A stretch of 64,000 nt of DNA from Candidatus Babeliales bacterium (GTDB taxonomy: Bacteria; Babelota; Babeliae; Babelales; JACPOV01). Below the pieces are notes generated by a model, which was not told where the DNA came from, made no database searches, and saw only the letters and a list, made by a program, of their open reading frames with translations. Location: positions 192,001 to 256,000 of the forward strand of contig JBFWNW010000001.1 in the NCBI GenBank assembly GCA_050250855.1. The letters are read 5' to 3'. Each line of letters begins with the position of its first letter. The stretch's first letter is position 1. This document shows positions 1 to 10,667 of this stretch, in pieces. The translations under genes were made by a program, and so were the position numbers.

Positions 1-170
1 GATGCAGGCTCCCAAGAATATACTGGCGCAAGCCAGCTTTTGAGTAATCTGAAAAAGAATGCAAAAAGCGCAACAGTAAGTGTTACTGGTAAAATGACCA
101 AAAGTCCTTCAAGGAAGGTAACTTTAAGGTAGTCAAATAATCTTGCTAGAGCTGTTTTTTTTTTATTCAT
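1..170 (-). CDS. DUF502-like membrane protein, 5' part only (runs off window start)
   Basis: Hand translation MNKKKTALARLFDYLKVTFLEGLLVILPVTLTVALFAFFFRLL; GLLVILP..T pattern typical of DUF502; AGGGGG RBS upstream. Confidence 0.65.
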   Translation of the reverse strand, partial: MNKKKTALARLFDYLKVTFLEGLLVILPVTLTVALFAFFFRLLKSWLAPVYSWEPA

Positions 171-191
171 AATTCCCCCTAAAAAAAGAAA

Positions 192-1511
192 CTAATTTAA
201 TTGTTCTTGTAGCTGTTTTGATAACGAAGAGCATATGTATTGTGCATTATCGCAATCGTTATCTTCGACCATTATACGCAATACTGGTTCAGTGCCAGAA
301 TAGCGTATAACCAGCCTGCCTTGGCCAAGTAATTCTTCACTCTTTGTTATTATCTCAAAAAAAGGAGGTTTATTTAAATCTTTTTTATATAATATAGGAA
401 TTGTTGTATGAATTTGAGGGAACTTGGTGAATGTTTCCATGTCCCAGTTATCCTGCAAAAGTATTGTTTGCATGATTCTTAATGCGGTAAAAATACCATC
501 ACCCGTATGCAAATAATCATGCATAATAATATGCCCAGAATCTTCTCCTCCCAAAAGAAGCTTGTTTTTTACCATTTCTTGAGCAACGTATTTGTCGCCA
601 ACCTGTGTGCGTATAAGCGATTTTCCTTTATTATTCAAGTAGACTTCAAATCCTTTGTTGGTCATAACAGTGCCAACTACCGCTTGCATAGTTTGATACA
701 GAGGGTGAGAAAGTAAGAGAGCGAGTATATCATCACCAGTCTTTAGTTGCCCTAAGCGATTAACAGCAATAACGCGATCCCCATCGCCATCAAAAGCAAA
801 TCCTATATCAGCCTGGTGTTCAATAACTTTTGTTTTTAATACTTCTGGATGAAGCGTACCGCATTGTTTATTGATATTTAATCCGTTTGGTTGGTCAAAG
901 AGCGGGATTACCTCTGCTCCATACAAAGAAAAAATATGTGGTGCAAGTTCATAAGCTGCGCCTTGAGCACAGTCAAGAACAACTTTTTTACCGCGTAAGA
1001 AGTTTTTTTCAAAATAGCGATCGATAAGCGTACAGTATTCTGTCTTAAAATCGTGATGATACTCTTTTCCTAGAGATTGATAATCGCTTTTTGTTTCTTG
1101 ATTATGAAAAAGTTCAGAAATAATCTGTTCATCTTCATGTGATAACTTGCCACGAAAACGGTCAATAATTTTAATGCCGTTATCTTGATAGGGATTGTGT
1201 GATGCTGAAATAATGATGCCGATATCAAAATCCTGACTTGCATGTAAAAGAGCTGCAACGGATGGCGAAGGCAAAACCTGTGCATCGCACAATTCAAGAG
1301 GATACAGCAGGAGTCCACTTTTAAAAGCAGACTTTAATAATGAGCATGAAAGGCGTGTATCATGTGCAAGCAAAAGAGAAGGATTGTTTCTATATGTTTT
1401 TTGTGCCCATACAGCAACTGCTTGCCCTAATTTGACAAGCTGTGGAATGGTAAAAGGATCTTTGCCAAATTGACCACGGATGCCATCAGTGCCAAATAAA
1501 TTGATACTCAT
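192..1511 (-). CDS. glmM: phosphoglucosamine mutase
   Basis: LFGTDGIRG, ISASHNP, FDGDGDR, GGEDSGH, RYSGTEP motifs; downstream of cdaA/cdaR-like genes. Confidence 0.93.
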   Translation of the reverse strand: MSINLFGTDGIRGQFGKDPFTIPQLVKLGQAVAVWAQKTYRNNPSLLLAHDTRLSCSLLKSAFKSGLLLYPLELCDAQVLPSPSVAALLHASQDFDIGIIISASHNPYQDNGIKIIDRFRGKLSHEDEQIISELFHNQETKSDYQSLGKEYHHDFKTEYCTLIDRYFEKNFLRGKKVVLDCAQGAAYELAPHIFSLYGAEVIPLFDQPNGLNINKQCGTLHPEVLKTKVIEHQADIGFAFDGDGDRVIAVNRLGQLKTGDDILALLLSHPLYQTMQAVVGTVMTNKGFEVYLNNKGKSLIRTQVGDKYVAQEMVKNKLLLGGEDSGHIIMHDYLHTGDGIFTALRIMQTILLQDNWDMETFTKFPQIHTTIPILYKKDLNKPPFFEIITKSEELLGQGRLVIRYSGTEPVLRIMVEDNDCDNAQYICSSLSKQLQEQLN

Positions 1512-1521
1512 TAAGGATTCC

Positions 1522-1896
1522 TTATTGTATCGTTATAGAAGCAATACGAGGATTACAGTCTATCATGCTCAACGATGAAGGCAATAATAAATCATGACCA
1601 GAAAATATGACACTATGATTTCCTGCGCTCAGGTGAGTTGTATCTTTATGCACGGCAAGTTCATGCGTCAGCAAAGCAAAAGCAGAACGCTTGCCAGAAA
1701 TTCTTACGGTAATTTTTTCAGGACCTGTTATCTGTGTTTGATCATTTGCTTTATGGTATATAACCGGAATTTCTTGTGTTATTGAAAGTTCATATAGTTG
1801 TCCAAGAACAGTCCATAGTGCAAATGCGCTCATAAGTGAGCAAAGTTTAATGTTGATGTTGGTCCAAAAAAGATTTTTGAGCAAGGGGATTTGCAT
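1522..1896 (-). CDS. short YbbR/CdaR-like membrane-anchored protein
   Basis: N-terminal NxxxKLxSLxxAFALW TM anchor, one YbbR-like domain (PEKITVRISGKRS), position between cdaA and glmM. Confidence 0.7.
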   Translation of the reverse strand: MQIPLLKNLFWTNINIKLCSLMSAFALWTVLGQLYELSITQEIPVIYHKANDQTQITGPEKITVRISGKRSAFALLTHELAVHKDTTHLSAGNHSVIFSGHDLLLPSSLSMIDCNPRIASITIQ

Positions 1897-2716
1897 GATT
1901 TTTTTCTCCTTGTTTTGTAGAATCGGGGGAATAGTTTATATAGTGTTTAATAACACGTAATGCTTGTGCTGCTGCAACGTGTTCTACTATTTTTCCTTGT
2001 GCTACAATATCAAAAGTAGCAGTTTCCGCATTGCAGCGTAGAAACAGGGCATCAGATTTTGCGGTAATAATAGAAGCCTGGCCTAGATATTTTTCTGCCT
2101 TTTGAATTTCAGGCTCTTGCCATAATTCATCAATAGCTTTTTTCCACCAGCTATTTACCGCAATAACAGTACCCTTATTATCAAGCCATATTATTTTTTC
2201 ATGATCATAAGAGGAGCTTTCAATGAGAAGCTTGAGAATATCTGGTTGAAAAGTTGTATTGAGTATAAAAGGAGCTTCAAGAATATGATGCAGCGCCTGT
2301 TCTTGTTCAATAATACAAAGTACTGTTTTTTTGCTATGAGCAGTGCGCACAAGCATGCGTACCAAATGCTCAAGCCAATCGTGATGAATAGAAGCTTTTG
2401 CAGGAATTATTTTTTTTAGAGCAACGAAATTGCGTTGCAAAAGCTCTTGGTGAATCAGAATAATAAGCGTAAAAATGACCGGACTAAAAAAAAGTAGGAA
2501 TGAGCTTATCGTTAAAAAGTTAAAATGATAGCAGCCAAAAAAGATGAGGCAGTAACTATAAAAATAGGTAAGAAGCGGTTTAGTTTTATCTGCATGTAGC
2601 CATAAAGAAAAATAGTAGATAATGCCGGCAAGAATTATAATTTCTACTGGATCTTGCCAAGAAATAAATCCCAAATGTTGTGCTGTTATTATGAAATATG
2701 ATGAAATAGATGTCAT
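1847..2716 (-). CDS. CdaA/DacA-like diadenylate cyclase homolog with degenerate catalytic motifs
   Basis: 3 TM helices then DAC-like domain alignable by eye to CdaA; DGA and RHR motifs absent; start moved to ATG 2716 behind AAGGAG. Confidence 0.75.
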   Translation of the reverse strand: MTSISSYFIITAQHLGFISWQDPVEIIILAGIIYYFSLWLHADKTKPLLTYFYSYCLIFFGCYHFNFLTISSFLLFFSPVIFTLIILIHQELLQRNFVALKKIIPAKASIHHDWLEHLVRMLVRTAHSKKTVLCIIEQEQALHHILEAPFILNTTFQPDILKLLIESSSYDHEKIIWLDNKGTVIAVNSWWKKAIDELWQEPEIQKAEKYLGQASIITAKSDALFLRCNAETATFDIVAQGKIVEHVAAAQALRVIKHYINYSPDSTKQGEKNHANPLAQKSFLDQHQH

Positions 2717-2785
2717 AACAAACTCCTTATTTATTTGAAGCATAAAATAAATTTTTGTTTTGTAAAAGAAGGTGATAGGAAAAGC

Positions 2786-3130
2786 ATGAAAACTAAGATA
2801 GTATTAATACTTTTTTTTATGGTGCTGTGCCAGGCTCAGGAGCCAAAAGAGCATAAACAAAGAAAACTAAAGATCGCAAATCAAACATCTATAATTGTTG
2901 GTTTAGAATTTGAAGCTCTTTCAGAAGACAAGGAGATTATTTACCATAGGGAAGTTCTTATGCAAAATAATACTTTTGAAAAAAATATTATTGTTAATCC
3001 AAAAGATAATAAAGCATGGATTATTCTTAGTTACTATGAAAAGAATGAATCTAAACCCTTTAAAATTGAAAAAAGATTTATAGTGCCTAATGAATCTTTA
3101 ACAATAATGCAAGAGCTAAATGTAGAATGA
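2786..3130 (+). CDS. hypothetical secreted protein
   Basis: MKTKIVLILFFMVLCQA signal peptide; AGGA upstream of ATG 2786. Confidence 0.65.
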   Translation: MKTKIVLILFFMVLCQAQEPKEHKQRKLKIANQTSIIVGLEFEALSEDKEIIYHREVLMQNNTFEKNIIVNPKDNKAWIILSYYEKNESKPFKIEKRFIVPNESLTIMQELNVE

Positions 3131-3186
3131 ATACATACATAATTCTTTCTTTAATTTTATTTTTCTAATTTATGGGTAAACTTTAA

Positions 3187-4239
<1,053 letters not shown>

Positions 4240-4249
4240 AAAAAGGATA

Positions 4250-4828
4250 ATGATGTATAAAAAAATGTCCTATGTAATTGGAGCAGGATTTTTAGTTCTT
4301 ATAGGGTTTGCCTTCTTTAACTATTGGCATCAGGCAAAAATGTATAATGATATGATTATTGCCGATGATGTTGCGCAGCTTGCTAGTATTTTAAATACGA
4401 TTGACAAAGAATGTGGCATTGTTAATTTTGAACATCAAAAAAATAATATAGACTTTTTGAATGTTATTGCTTTTGAAGGTTCAGAAGTTGGCCCTATGAA
4501 TCTGAAATATCCTAAAAAATGGAAGGGTGCTTACTTGAAGGATAATCCCACCATACAAGAAAAATATTATCAGGTTGTACATACTAAAAAAGGATATTTT
4601 GTCGTACCAGGTGACGGCGTAGAGCTTTCAAGCGGAAAAGTTATAGGCAAAGATATTATATTTGATGAATCAGCTGATATTCCTGCTATGATCTCACAAG
4701 GCCTAAGCTTCAAGAGCCACCCTTTAGCTGTTCAAATTATGAATCAGGAAGCACAAAAAAAAACAAAAACCGACAATATGTTCAAAGAAGCTATAGCTCG
4801 CGAACGCATGCGGCAAGTTGAAGGTTAA
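4250..4828 (+). CDS. membrane-anchored hypothetical protein, weakly pseudopilin (GspG)-like
   Basis: Single N-terminal TM; PKKWKGAYL resembles the GspG P.NW.GPYL motif. Confidence 0.55.
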   Translation: MMYKKMSYVIGAGFLVLIGFAFFNYWHQAKMYNDMIIADDVAQLASILNTIDKECGIVNFEHQKNNIDFLNVIAFEGSEVGPMNLKYPKKWKGAYLKDNPTIQEKYYQVVHTKKGYFVVPGDGVELSSGKVIGKDIIFDESADIPAMISQGLSFKSHPLAVQIMNQEAQKKTKTDNMFKEAIARERMRQVEG

Positions 4829-7053
4829 AGACTTTCTAAAAATGACGATTGTACCTTTTTAGTGCCAGATTTGAATTCTGCGGTAATAAAGTAACTATTT
4901 CCTTTTTGTTCAATTGCTTTAATAATACCAATGCCAAAAGATTTATGCTTGACCGGTTGGTGCTTTTTAAAGCCAGAAGAAGATGATGAAGATTCATTTT
5001 TTTTAACAGTACTATTTTTGCTCTGTGCACTGTGATTGACTGCAGAGCCAAAAGTAATTACCGAAGGGGAAGTTTTTATGCCCAACCATTCGGCAAAAAA
5101 ATCCATACATTGTGCTTGCTGAAAGTAAGAAATATCAAAACTGGGCGTTATAGCTTCTGGAATTTCACGCAAAAAGCGTGATGGCAGTTGATCCGTCATT
5201 GAGCCAAAGGTATAGCGATGACGTGCCGTTGTTAGTAGTAAACGTTCGCGAGCGCGCGTTATGCCAACATAAAAAAGACGACGCTCTTCTTCAAGAGCTT
5301 CCGGTTGTTGGATAGAGCGTGAGCTGGGAAAGAGTGTTTCTTCCATGCCAGCAAGAACTACGGTGTCAAATTCCAAACCTTTTGCTGCATGCAGGGTCAT
5401 TAATTTTACGGTATTTTTTTCTTCTTCATGCTGCAATGCTTTTTCTTGCATAAGAGCAACTTCATCTAAAAATGCTTTAATAGTAGTAAGACCATTTTGT
5501 TCAAAAAATGCTGTTGCACGAATAAGCTCTTTAACGTTTTCAATTTTTGCTTCAGCTTCTTGTGCTTCAAAAGAATCTTTAAGATAGCTAAAATAGGCAA
5601 TTTTATTCAGAAGTTCTTCTATAGTTTTTTTCGGTGAATCTGAAAGCGTATAGGGAATGAAAAGATTTTTAAATGATTCTAAAGCTTTTTGTTTTATGCC
5701 AGTAACGTGGCCTGCTTTAATAAGGGAATCAATGCAATCTGCAAAGGTCATAAATGGTTGAGCATCCCACGTTTCATAAAAAAGTTCTTGCAACTTATCA
5801 CCAAGGCCGCGTGCAGGACAATTAATAACCCTAAAAAAAGAAACGCGGTCAAAAGGGTTAGCAATTAAACGTAAATACGCCAAAACGTCTTTAATTTCTT
5901 TACGTTCATAAAACTGAATGCCACCAATAATTTTATACGGCATTGAATTGCGTAATAATGCTTCTTCTATAGCGCGTGATTGATAATGTGCGCGATACAA
6001 AACAGCCATAGAATCAACGTTACTTTTTTTGCTCAGCTGTTTTGCAAGCAGTGCAATAATTTCACCTTCTTGATAGCCAGACATTAAACGAACTATGCGA
6101 ACGCGATCGGTAGCTTTTTTTGTGGACCATAACTTTTTAGGATTACGATTTTTATTATGCTCAATAACATGATTTGCTAGACTTAAAATTGGTTGCACAG
6201 AGCGATAATTTTGTTCAATTTTTATGAGCTGCGTATCGGTAAAATCTTTTTGGAAATGCAGAATGTTGGCAACCGTAGCGCCACGCCATGAATAAATTGA
6301 TTGATCTTCATCGCCCACCGCACACACAGAATCTATGACCATCTTTTTTTTATCAAGCGCCATCTGTTTGAGCAATGCATGCTGTACTACGTTAGTATCT
6401 TGATATTCATCTACTAAAATGTGCCGTACCGTTTGCTGGAACTGTTCTTTGAACTCTTTATTTTTTTCAAACAATTTAAGCACTTCAAGAAGTAAATCGT
6501 CAAAATCTAAACATTTACTTGCTTGTTTTTCACGTTCATAGGCTTGATACAACTGCTGAAAAAAAATATCAGTTGTTTGCAGCTGGTCAGTGCTCATGGC
6601 ATTTTTTAGTGTGCTAATTTGATACGCAAGATTTTTTGCCGTAATTCGTTTTTCTACTCCTGCGCGTTTGATAATTCCTGTTAATAACTGCAGCTGATCA
6701 TCAGCATCCAAAATAGAAAAGGTAGTATAGGGCGTAAGATGTTGATGTATTTTTAAAAGCTGTAAGCAATAGGAATGAAAGGTGCCAATAAAAGGTTTTG
6801 CTCCTTGCACAAATGCATGGATACGCTCTTTCATCTCCCCAGCAGCTTTGTTGGTGAACGTTAACGCTACAATGCTGCTCGGCGCAACCTGCTCATTGAG
6901 CAAAAGGTTAACAATACGTGCGGTAATAACACGCGTTTTGCCAGAGCCTGCGCCAGCAATAACAAGCAACGGACCTTGCGTATGCAGGACTGCTTTTTGT
7001 TGAGGCTCATTTAGTTCGTTGGTAAAAAAATTATTAAAATCATGTGTATTCAT
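4825..7053 (-). CDS. pcrA: ATP-dependent DNA helicase PcrA/UvrD
   Basis: AGAGSGKT, VDEYQDTN, VGDEDQSIYSWRGA, EQNYRS, HAAKGLEF, EERRLFYVGITRA. Confidence 0.95.
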   Translation of the reverse strand: MNTHDFNNFFTNELNEPQQKAVLHTQGPLLVIAGAGSGKTRVITARIVNLLLNEQVAPSSIVALTFTNKAAGEMKERIHAFVQGAKPFIGTFHSYCLQLLKIHQHLTPYTTFSILDADDQLQLLTGIIKRAGVEKRITAKNLAYQISTLKNAMSTDQLQTTDIFFQQLYQAYEREKQASKCLDFDDLLLEVLKLFEKNKEFKEQFQQTVRHILVDEYQDTNVVQHALLKQMALDKKKMVIDSVCAVGDEDQSIYSWRGATVANILHFQKDFTDTQLIKIEQNYRSVQPILSLANHVIEHNKNRNPKKLWSTKKATDRVRIVRLMSGYQEGEIIALLAKQLSKKSNVDSMAVLYRAHYQSRAIEEALLRNSMPYKIIGGIQFYERKEIKDVLAYLRLIANPFDRVSFFRVINCPARGLGDKLQELFYETWDAQPFMTFADCIDSLIKAGHVTGIKQKALESFKNLFIPYTLSDSPKKTIEELLNKIAYFSYLKDSFEAQEAEAKIENVKELIRATAFFEQNGLTTIKAFLDEVALMQEKALQHEEEKNTVKLMTLHAAKGLEFDTVVLAGMEETLFPSSRSIQQPEALEEERRLFYVGITRARERLLLTTARHRYTFGSMTDQLPSRFLREIPEAITPSFDISYFQQAQCMDFFAEWLGIKTSPSVITFGSAVNHSAQSKNSTVKKNESSSSSSGFKKHQPVKHKSFGIGIIKAIEQKGNSYFITAEFKSGTKKVQSSFLESL

Positions 7054-7092
7054 AGAGATTCAGTATAAAGATCTTTGCTGCATTTGTGAAAC

Positions 7093-7126
7093 AAAAAAAA
7101 GAGCCGCATTTTGTGCGGCCCTTTTT
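7093..7126 (-). terminator. intrinsic terminator
   Basis: GGGCCGCA-CAAAA-TGCGGCTC followed by T8 on the minus strand, just downstream of ORF 7147..8406. Confidence 0.8.
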
Positions 7127-7146
7127 GTAAGTTTGTAAAGTAATAA

Positions 7147-8406
7147 TTAGTTTTGGTCTGTAGTAGTGGCTTCTGGATTCATGATTTGATGATAATATTC
7201 TTCTGTATCGAAAGACCATGAGAAATATTTTTGTCTTGTTTCACTGATATTATGGTCTATGCGGTATTGTTTTTTAACCATTCTATCAAATAGTTCTTTA
7301 GCAGCTTTTGATTTTTCTTCTAATGTTTTTAATGTTGTTTCTTCTTTATTTAAATCTAGTACTAGTTTTTGTACCTTAGAAGTATTAGTCTCTTGATTAT
7401 ATTCTTTTATGCTTTTATTAAGGATAGTTATTTTATCATTACATTCAGTTATTTGCTTCTTAAGAGAATCTATGCAGTTGTATTGACTCATAAGGTCTAT
7501 TCTTGATTTTTCATGCAGCGTAGAGTTGGTATCTTTAACAAGTTGTATATAATTTTCTTTTTCTTTGATTAATTGTTCAATAGCTTGTACTTGTTGGTCA
7601 GAACTGTTAAGTTTTTTTGTTTCTTCAATAAGCTGATGAGTTATTGTGTCTTGAGACATGATGTTGGTATTTTTTTGTTTGATAGTACTTTCAACAGTTT
7701 TTCCAAGAGAGCTGCGATTTTGTTCAGCAGACTCTTTTTGTTTGATGAGAATTTCTTTTTCCTGCTCTAATTTGGTTAGTAAAGCTTTATTATCTCTATG
7801 GCGATTTACCTTTTTCTGGAATGATCCATAAAGGTCACTTTTTTTATCAAAATCTTCTGAGTCGCTCATGTAGCCTTGAATGAGACCTATTTGTTTTAAA
7901 CTTTCAGCAAACTGTGCTGTTTTACACAATCCATAGATCTCTTTGCTTTTTTTAAGACTTTTTGAGCTTGAGAAGGTTTTAGATTCACATATTTGCATAA
8001 TGTTTGCATATGAAATTGCTTGGCCGTATACGTCAATACCTATTTGTTGAGGATTAGTTTTTATTTGTTGATACAGGGAATCAAACTGATTTTTTGCTTC
8101 ATTATAAGGGCTTGATGGAAGAGCTGCGAATGAATTCTGATTTTTTTTCTTCGTTTTTGCCGGTTGCCATTCTGGACTATTTTCTGGTTGTTGCTCTTGT
8201 TCAGTTGAGATGTCTAGCAATTCACTTGATGGTTTTTGTTCTGATTGTTTTACAACCTGCGCATAAGTTGGTTGAGTTAGTTTTGAATCTTTAAGGTCTA
8301 AATTTTGAGCATTTTTAGTATCAAATTTTTTTCTGTTTTTTGCAGCTGCCTGTATGTCGATACTTGCTAGAAGAAGCAATACGCACGGAAGACAAAGCTT
8401 TTTCAT
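7147..8406 (-). CDS. secreted coiled-coil hypothetical protein
   Basis: MKKLCLPCVLLLLASIDIQA signal peptide, disordered N-region, K/E/Q-rich heptad C-half. Confidence 0.8.
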   Translation of the reverse strand: MKKLCLPCVLLLLASIDIQAAAKNRKKFDTKNAQNLDLKDSKLTQPTYAQVVKQSEQKPSSELLDISTEQEQQPENSPEWQPAKTKKKNQNSFAALPSSPYNEAKNQFDSLYQQIKTNPQQIGIDVYGQAISYANIMQICESKTFSSSKSLKKSKEIYGLCKTAQFAESLKQIGLIQGYMSDSEDFDKKSDLYGSFQKKVNRHRDNKALLTKLEQEKEILIKQKESAEQNRSSLGKTVESTIKQKNTNIMSQDTITHQLIEETKKLNSSDQQVQAIEQLIKEKENYIQLVKDTNSTLHEKSRIDLMSQYNCIDSLKKQITECNDKITILNKSIKEYNQETNTSKVQKLVLDLNKEETTLKTLEEKSKAAKELFDRMVKKQYRIDHNISETRQKYFSWSFDTEEYYHQIMNPEATTTDQN

Positions 8407-8454
8407 AAGGACTCCTTTTTAAATAATTACACTCCTAAAAAACAACTTTAACCA

Positions 8455-8484
8455 AGTATACAGAAATTATTTTTTTTTATGCAA
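8455..8484 (-). promoter_or_regulatory. sigma70-like promoter
   Basis: TTGCAT-N18-TATACT upstream of ORF starting at 8406. Confidence 0.5.
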
Positions 8485-8497
8485 GCAATAGTTTAAA

Positions 8498-9196
8498 CTA
8501 ACCATCCATGTTGCTTATATCAGGCTCTGAATCGCTGCCATCGCTTGATTCGTGCGATGAATGATCTTGTTCTTCTGTTTTTTTTAATTCACGTTTTACT
8601 TGAAGATATCCATTAAGTTCTTTTAATTTTCGTTCATTTTCTTTTTGTTTTCGCTCTAATTCTTTATTTTGTTTTTCTAGTTCTTTTTGCAGAGCCGTCA
8701 GGCGCAGGGTGTTAAAGGGATCTTCATTTTCATGCGACCCTTTAGATGAGGGTGATTTAGATACAGAGGATTTTCTTGAGGGTCTATTAGGTGTTTTTCT
8801 TTCGGTAGCTTCTTGCATTTCCATGTGATCAAGAGAGCGAGAGTTTGTTCTTCTATGTCCTGATGATCCGGTTCCTGGAAGAGGAGGTTTTGATGAGATA
8901 TCTGGCATGCTTTTACTATAGTCAAAAATAGAAGAACTGGTTTTTTTAGAGGGGATTGCCATAGGGTTGCTTGTCTGAGGTTGTGTTGATGTACTTGATG
9001 AAGATTTGCTTGAGTTTGATGATCTCGGTTTCAAAGACCTTCTTTTTTCTGGATCTTTTCCTTTCTCTTGCTTGTCTTCATCTTCTTTATCCTTTTTATT
9101 ACTAAAAATACCACTAATTGTTCTTTCCAGCTTCTCCATTGCATAACATTCATGAATATTGAGGACAAGAACACCTATGAAAATTATTTTTTTCAT
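8498..9196 (-). CDS. secreted Ser/Lys-rich disordered protein with C-terminal coiled coil
   Basis: MKKIIFIGVLVLNIHECYA-ME signal peptide, AAGGAG RBS before ATG 9196. Confidence 0.8.
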   Translation of the reverse strand: MKKIIFIGVLVLNIHECYAMEKLERTISGIFSNKKDKEDEDKQEKGKDPEKRRSLKPRSSNSSKSSSSTSTQPQTSNPMAIPSKKTSSSIFDYSKSMPDISSKPPLPGTGSSGHRRTNSRSLDHMEMQEATERKTPNRPSRKSSVSKSPSSKGSHENEDPFNTLRLTALQKELEKQNKELERKQKENERKLKELNGYLQVKRELKKTEEQDHSSHESSDGSDSEPDISNMDG

Positions 9197-9323
9197 GGTA
9201 TTACTCCTTTTTTTATAGTGCAGCAAAATTTCTAACTATACTTTATCGCCTTGAGGGTTTTGCGATAGAGTATTTTTACTGTACTACTTTTTTTTCAACA
9301 AAAAAAAGGGGTAATGCATTTTT

Positions 9324-10424
9324 TTAAAGATTTGTATCAAGGTAGTTCAAAAGAGGTTCAAGCCCTTTTTTATTAACAGCGGAAACAAGAACATGCGGTT
9401 GATAGCGTGAAAGCCGTTGTTCAAGTTCTGGTGTTACCGTAATTTTATCTGCTTTATTAAAAACAAAAAGAATATCTTTTTCTATTTCTAAATCATGCAA
9501 AATATATTGTACTACATCAATATGCTCTTCCCAATTTGGGTCAGCAATATCAACAACAAGTAGTAAGCGGTGTGCGTACGTAAGTTCAGAAAGAGTTGAT
9601 TTGAATGCTTCAATTAAATGAGGCGGTAGTAATTGAATAAATCCAACGGTATCAGAAATAAGGGCTTTCTTTCTGCCATTAATAATAAGTTCACGCGTGG
9701 TGGTATCAAGCGTTGCAAAGAGTTTGTCTTCTGCCAATACATCACTTTTGGTGAGTGTATTTAAGATAGTAGATTTTCCTGCATTGGTGTAGCCAATCAA
9801 ACAAACAAGAGGAATTTGACTTTTCAAGCGCGCTTTGCGTTGTGTTTCGCGGGTTTGTTCAAGCTGTTTGAGATGTTTTTTTAAATGAAGAATGCGGTTT
9901 TCAATATAGCGGCGCTCGCGCTCTTTCATAGTTTCACCAAAACCAGCACGTAATCCTAAAATGCCGGCCTGCTGAGACATATGTTTTCCCTTGCCTGCCA
10001 AGCGAGATTTTTGATGTTCAAGCATGGCAATTTCTATTTGTGTTTTGCCTTCAGCAGATATGGCAGCTTTTTCAAAAATTTCTAAAATGAGCTGCGCGCG
10101 GTCAAAAACACGTGCATCAAGATACTCGCTTAAATTGCGCTCTTGCTGTGGAGAGAGTGGTTCAGAAAAGAGTACTTCTTCAATCCCTTCCTCGTCGCAT
10201 ATTTTTTTTAAATCTTCCAAATGCCCTTTAGTAATAAAGGTGCCAGGCTCAATAGAACGTAATTTGATAAAAACAGCTTTGTGGTAAGGAATACCATTTG
10301 TTTTGACCAAACTCAAAAATTCATCATAGTAGGATTGAATAGCATTGGTTCTATTGTAAGGAGCATGGACGCCAACAACAAGGAGTTTAGGATAATTTGC
10401 TGTAGTACTTATATATTTGGGCAT
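9324..10424 (-). CDS. hflX: ribosome-splitting GTPase HflX
   Basis: LSPQQERNL, DRAQLILEIF, GYTNAGKST, KLFATLD, DTVGFI, NKAD. Confidence 0.95.
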   Translation of the reverse strand: MPKYISTTANYPKLLVVGVHAPYNRTNAIQSYYDEFLSLVKTNGIPYHKAVFIKLRSIEPGTFITKGHLEDLKKICDEEGIEEVLFSEPLSPQQERNLSEYLDARVFDRAQLILEIFEKAAISAEGKTQIEIAMLEHQKSRLAGKGKHMSQQAGILGLRAGFGETMKERERRYIENRILHLKKHLKQLEQTRETQRKARLKSQIPLVCLIGYTNAGKSTILNTLTKSDVLAEDKLFATLDTTTRELIINGRKKALISDTVGFIQLLPPHLIEAFKSTLSELTYAHRLLLVVDIADPNWEEHIDVVQYILHDLEIEKDILFVFNKADKITVTPELEQRLSRYQPHVLVSAVNKKGLEPLLNYLDTNL

Positions 10425-10554
10425 ACTTTTTTCTTTTTTTAGTGATAAAATACTTTTTAATAAGTATAGCATTAACTTTTTAAAACTTCTACTGAATGGA
10501 TTATTCCTTTGAGCCTTGGATATTTAAGGAGCTTATTCATAAGCTGTTAATTGA

Positions 10555-10643
10555 CGTTCGAATGCTTCGATAAACTCAGCACGAACGGCTCTTTTTTATT
10601 TCGTTCGCCCTGAGCTCGTCGAAGGGTACGAATACAAAATATG
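10555..10643. repeat. REP-like palindromic element, copy 1
   Basis: cgttcgaatgcttcgataaactcagcacgaacgg-spacer-cgttcgccctgagctcgtcgaagggtacgaa; near-identical to 17128..17229. Confidence 0.8.
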
Positions 10644-10667
10644 CTTTTTTTGAATTGTGGATAAATT

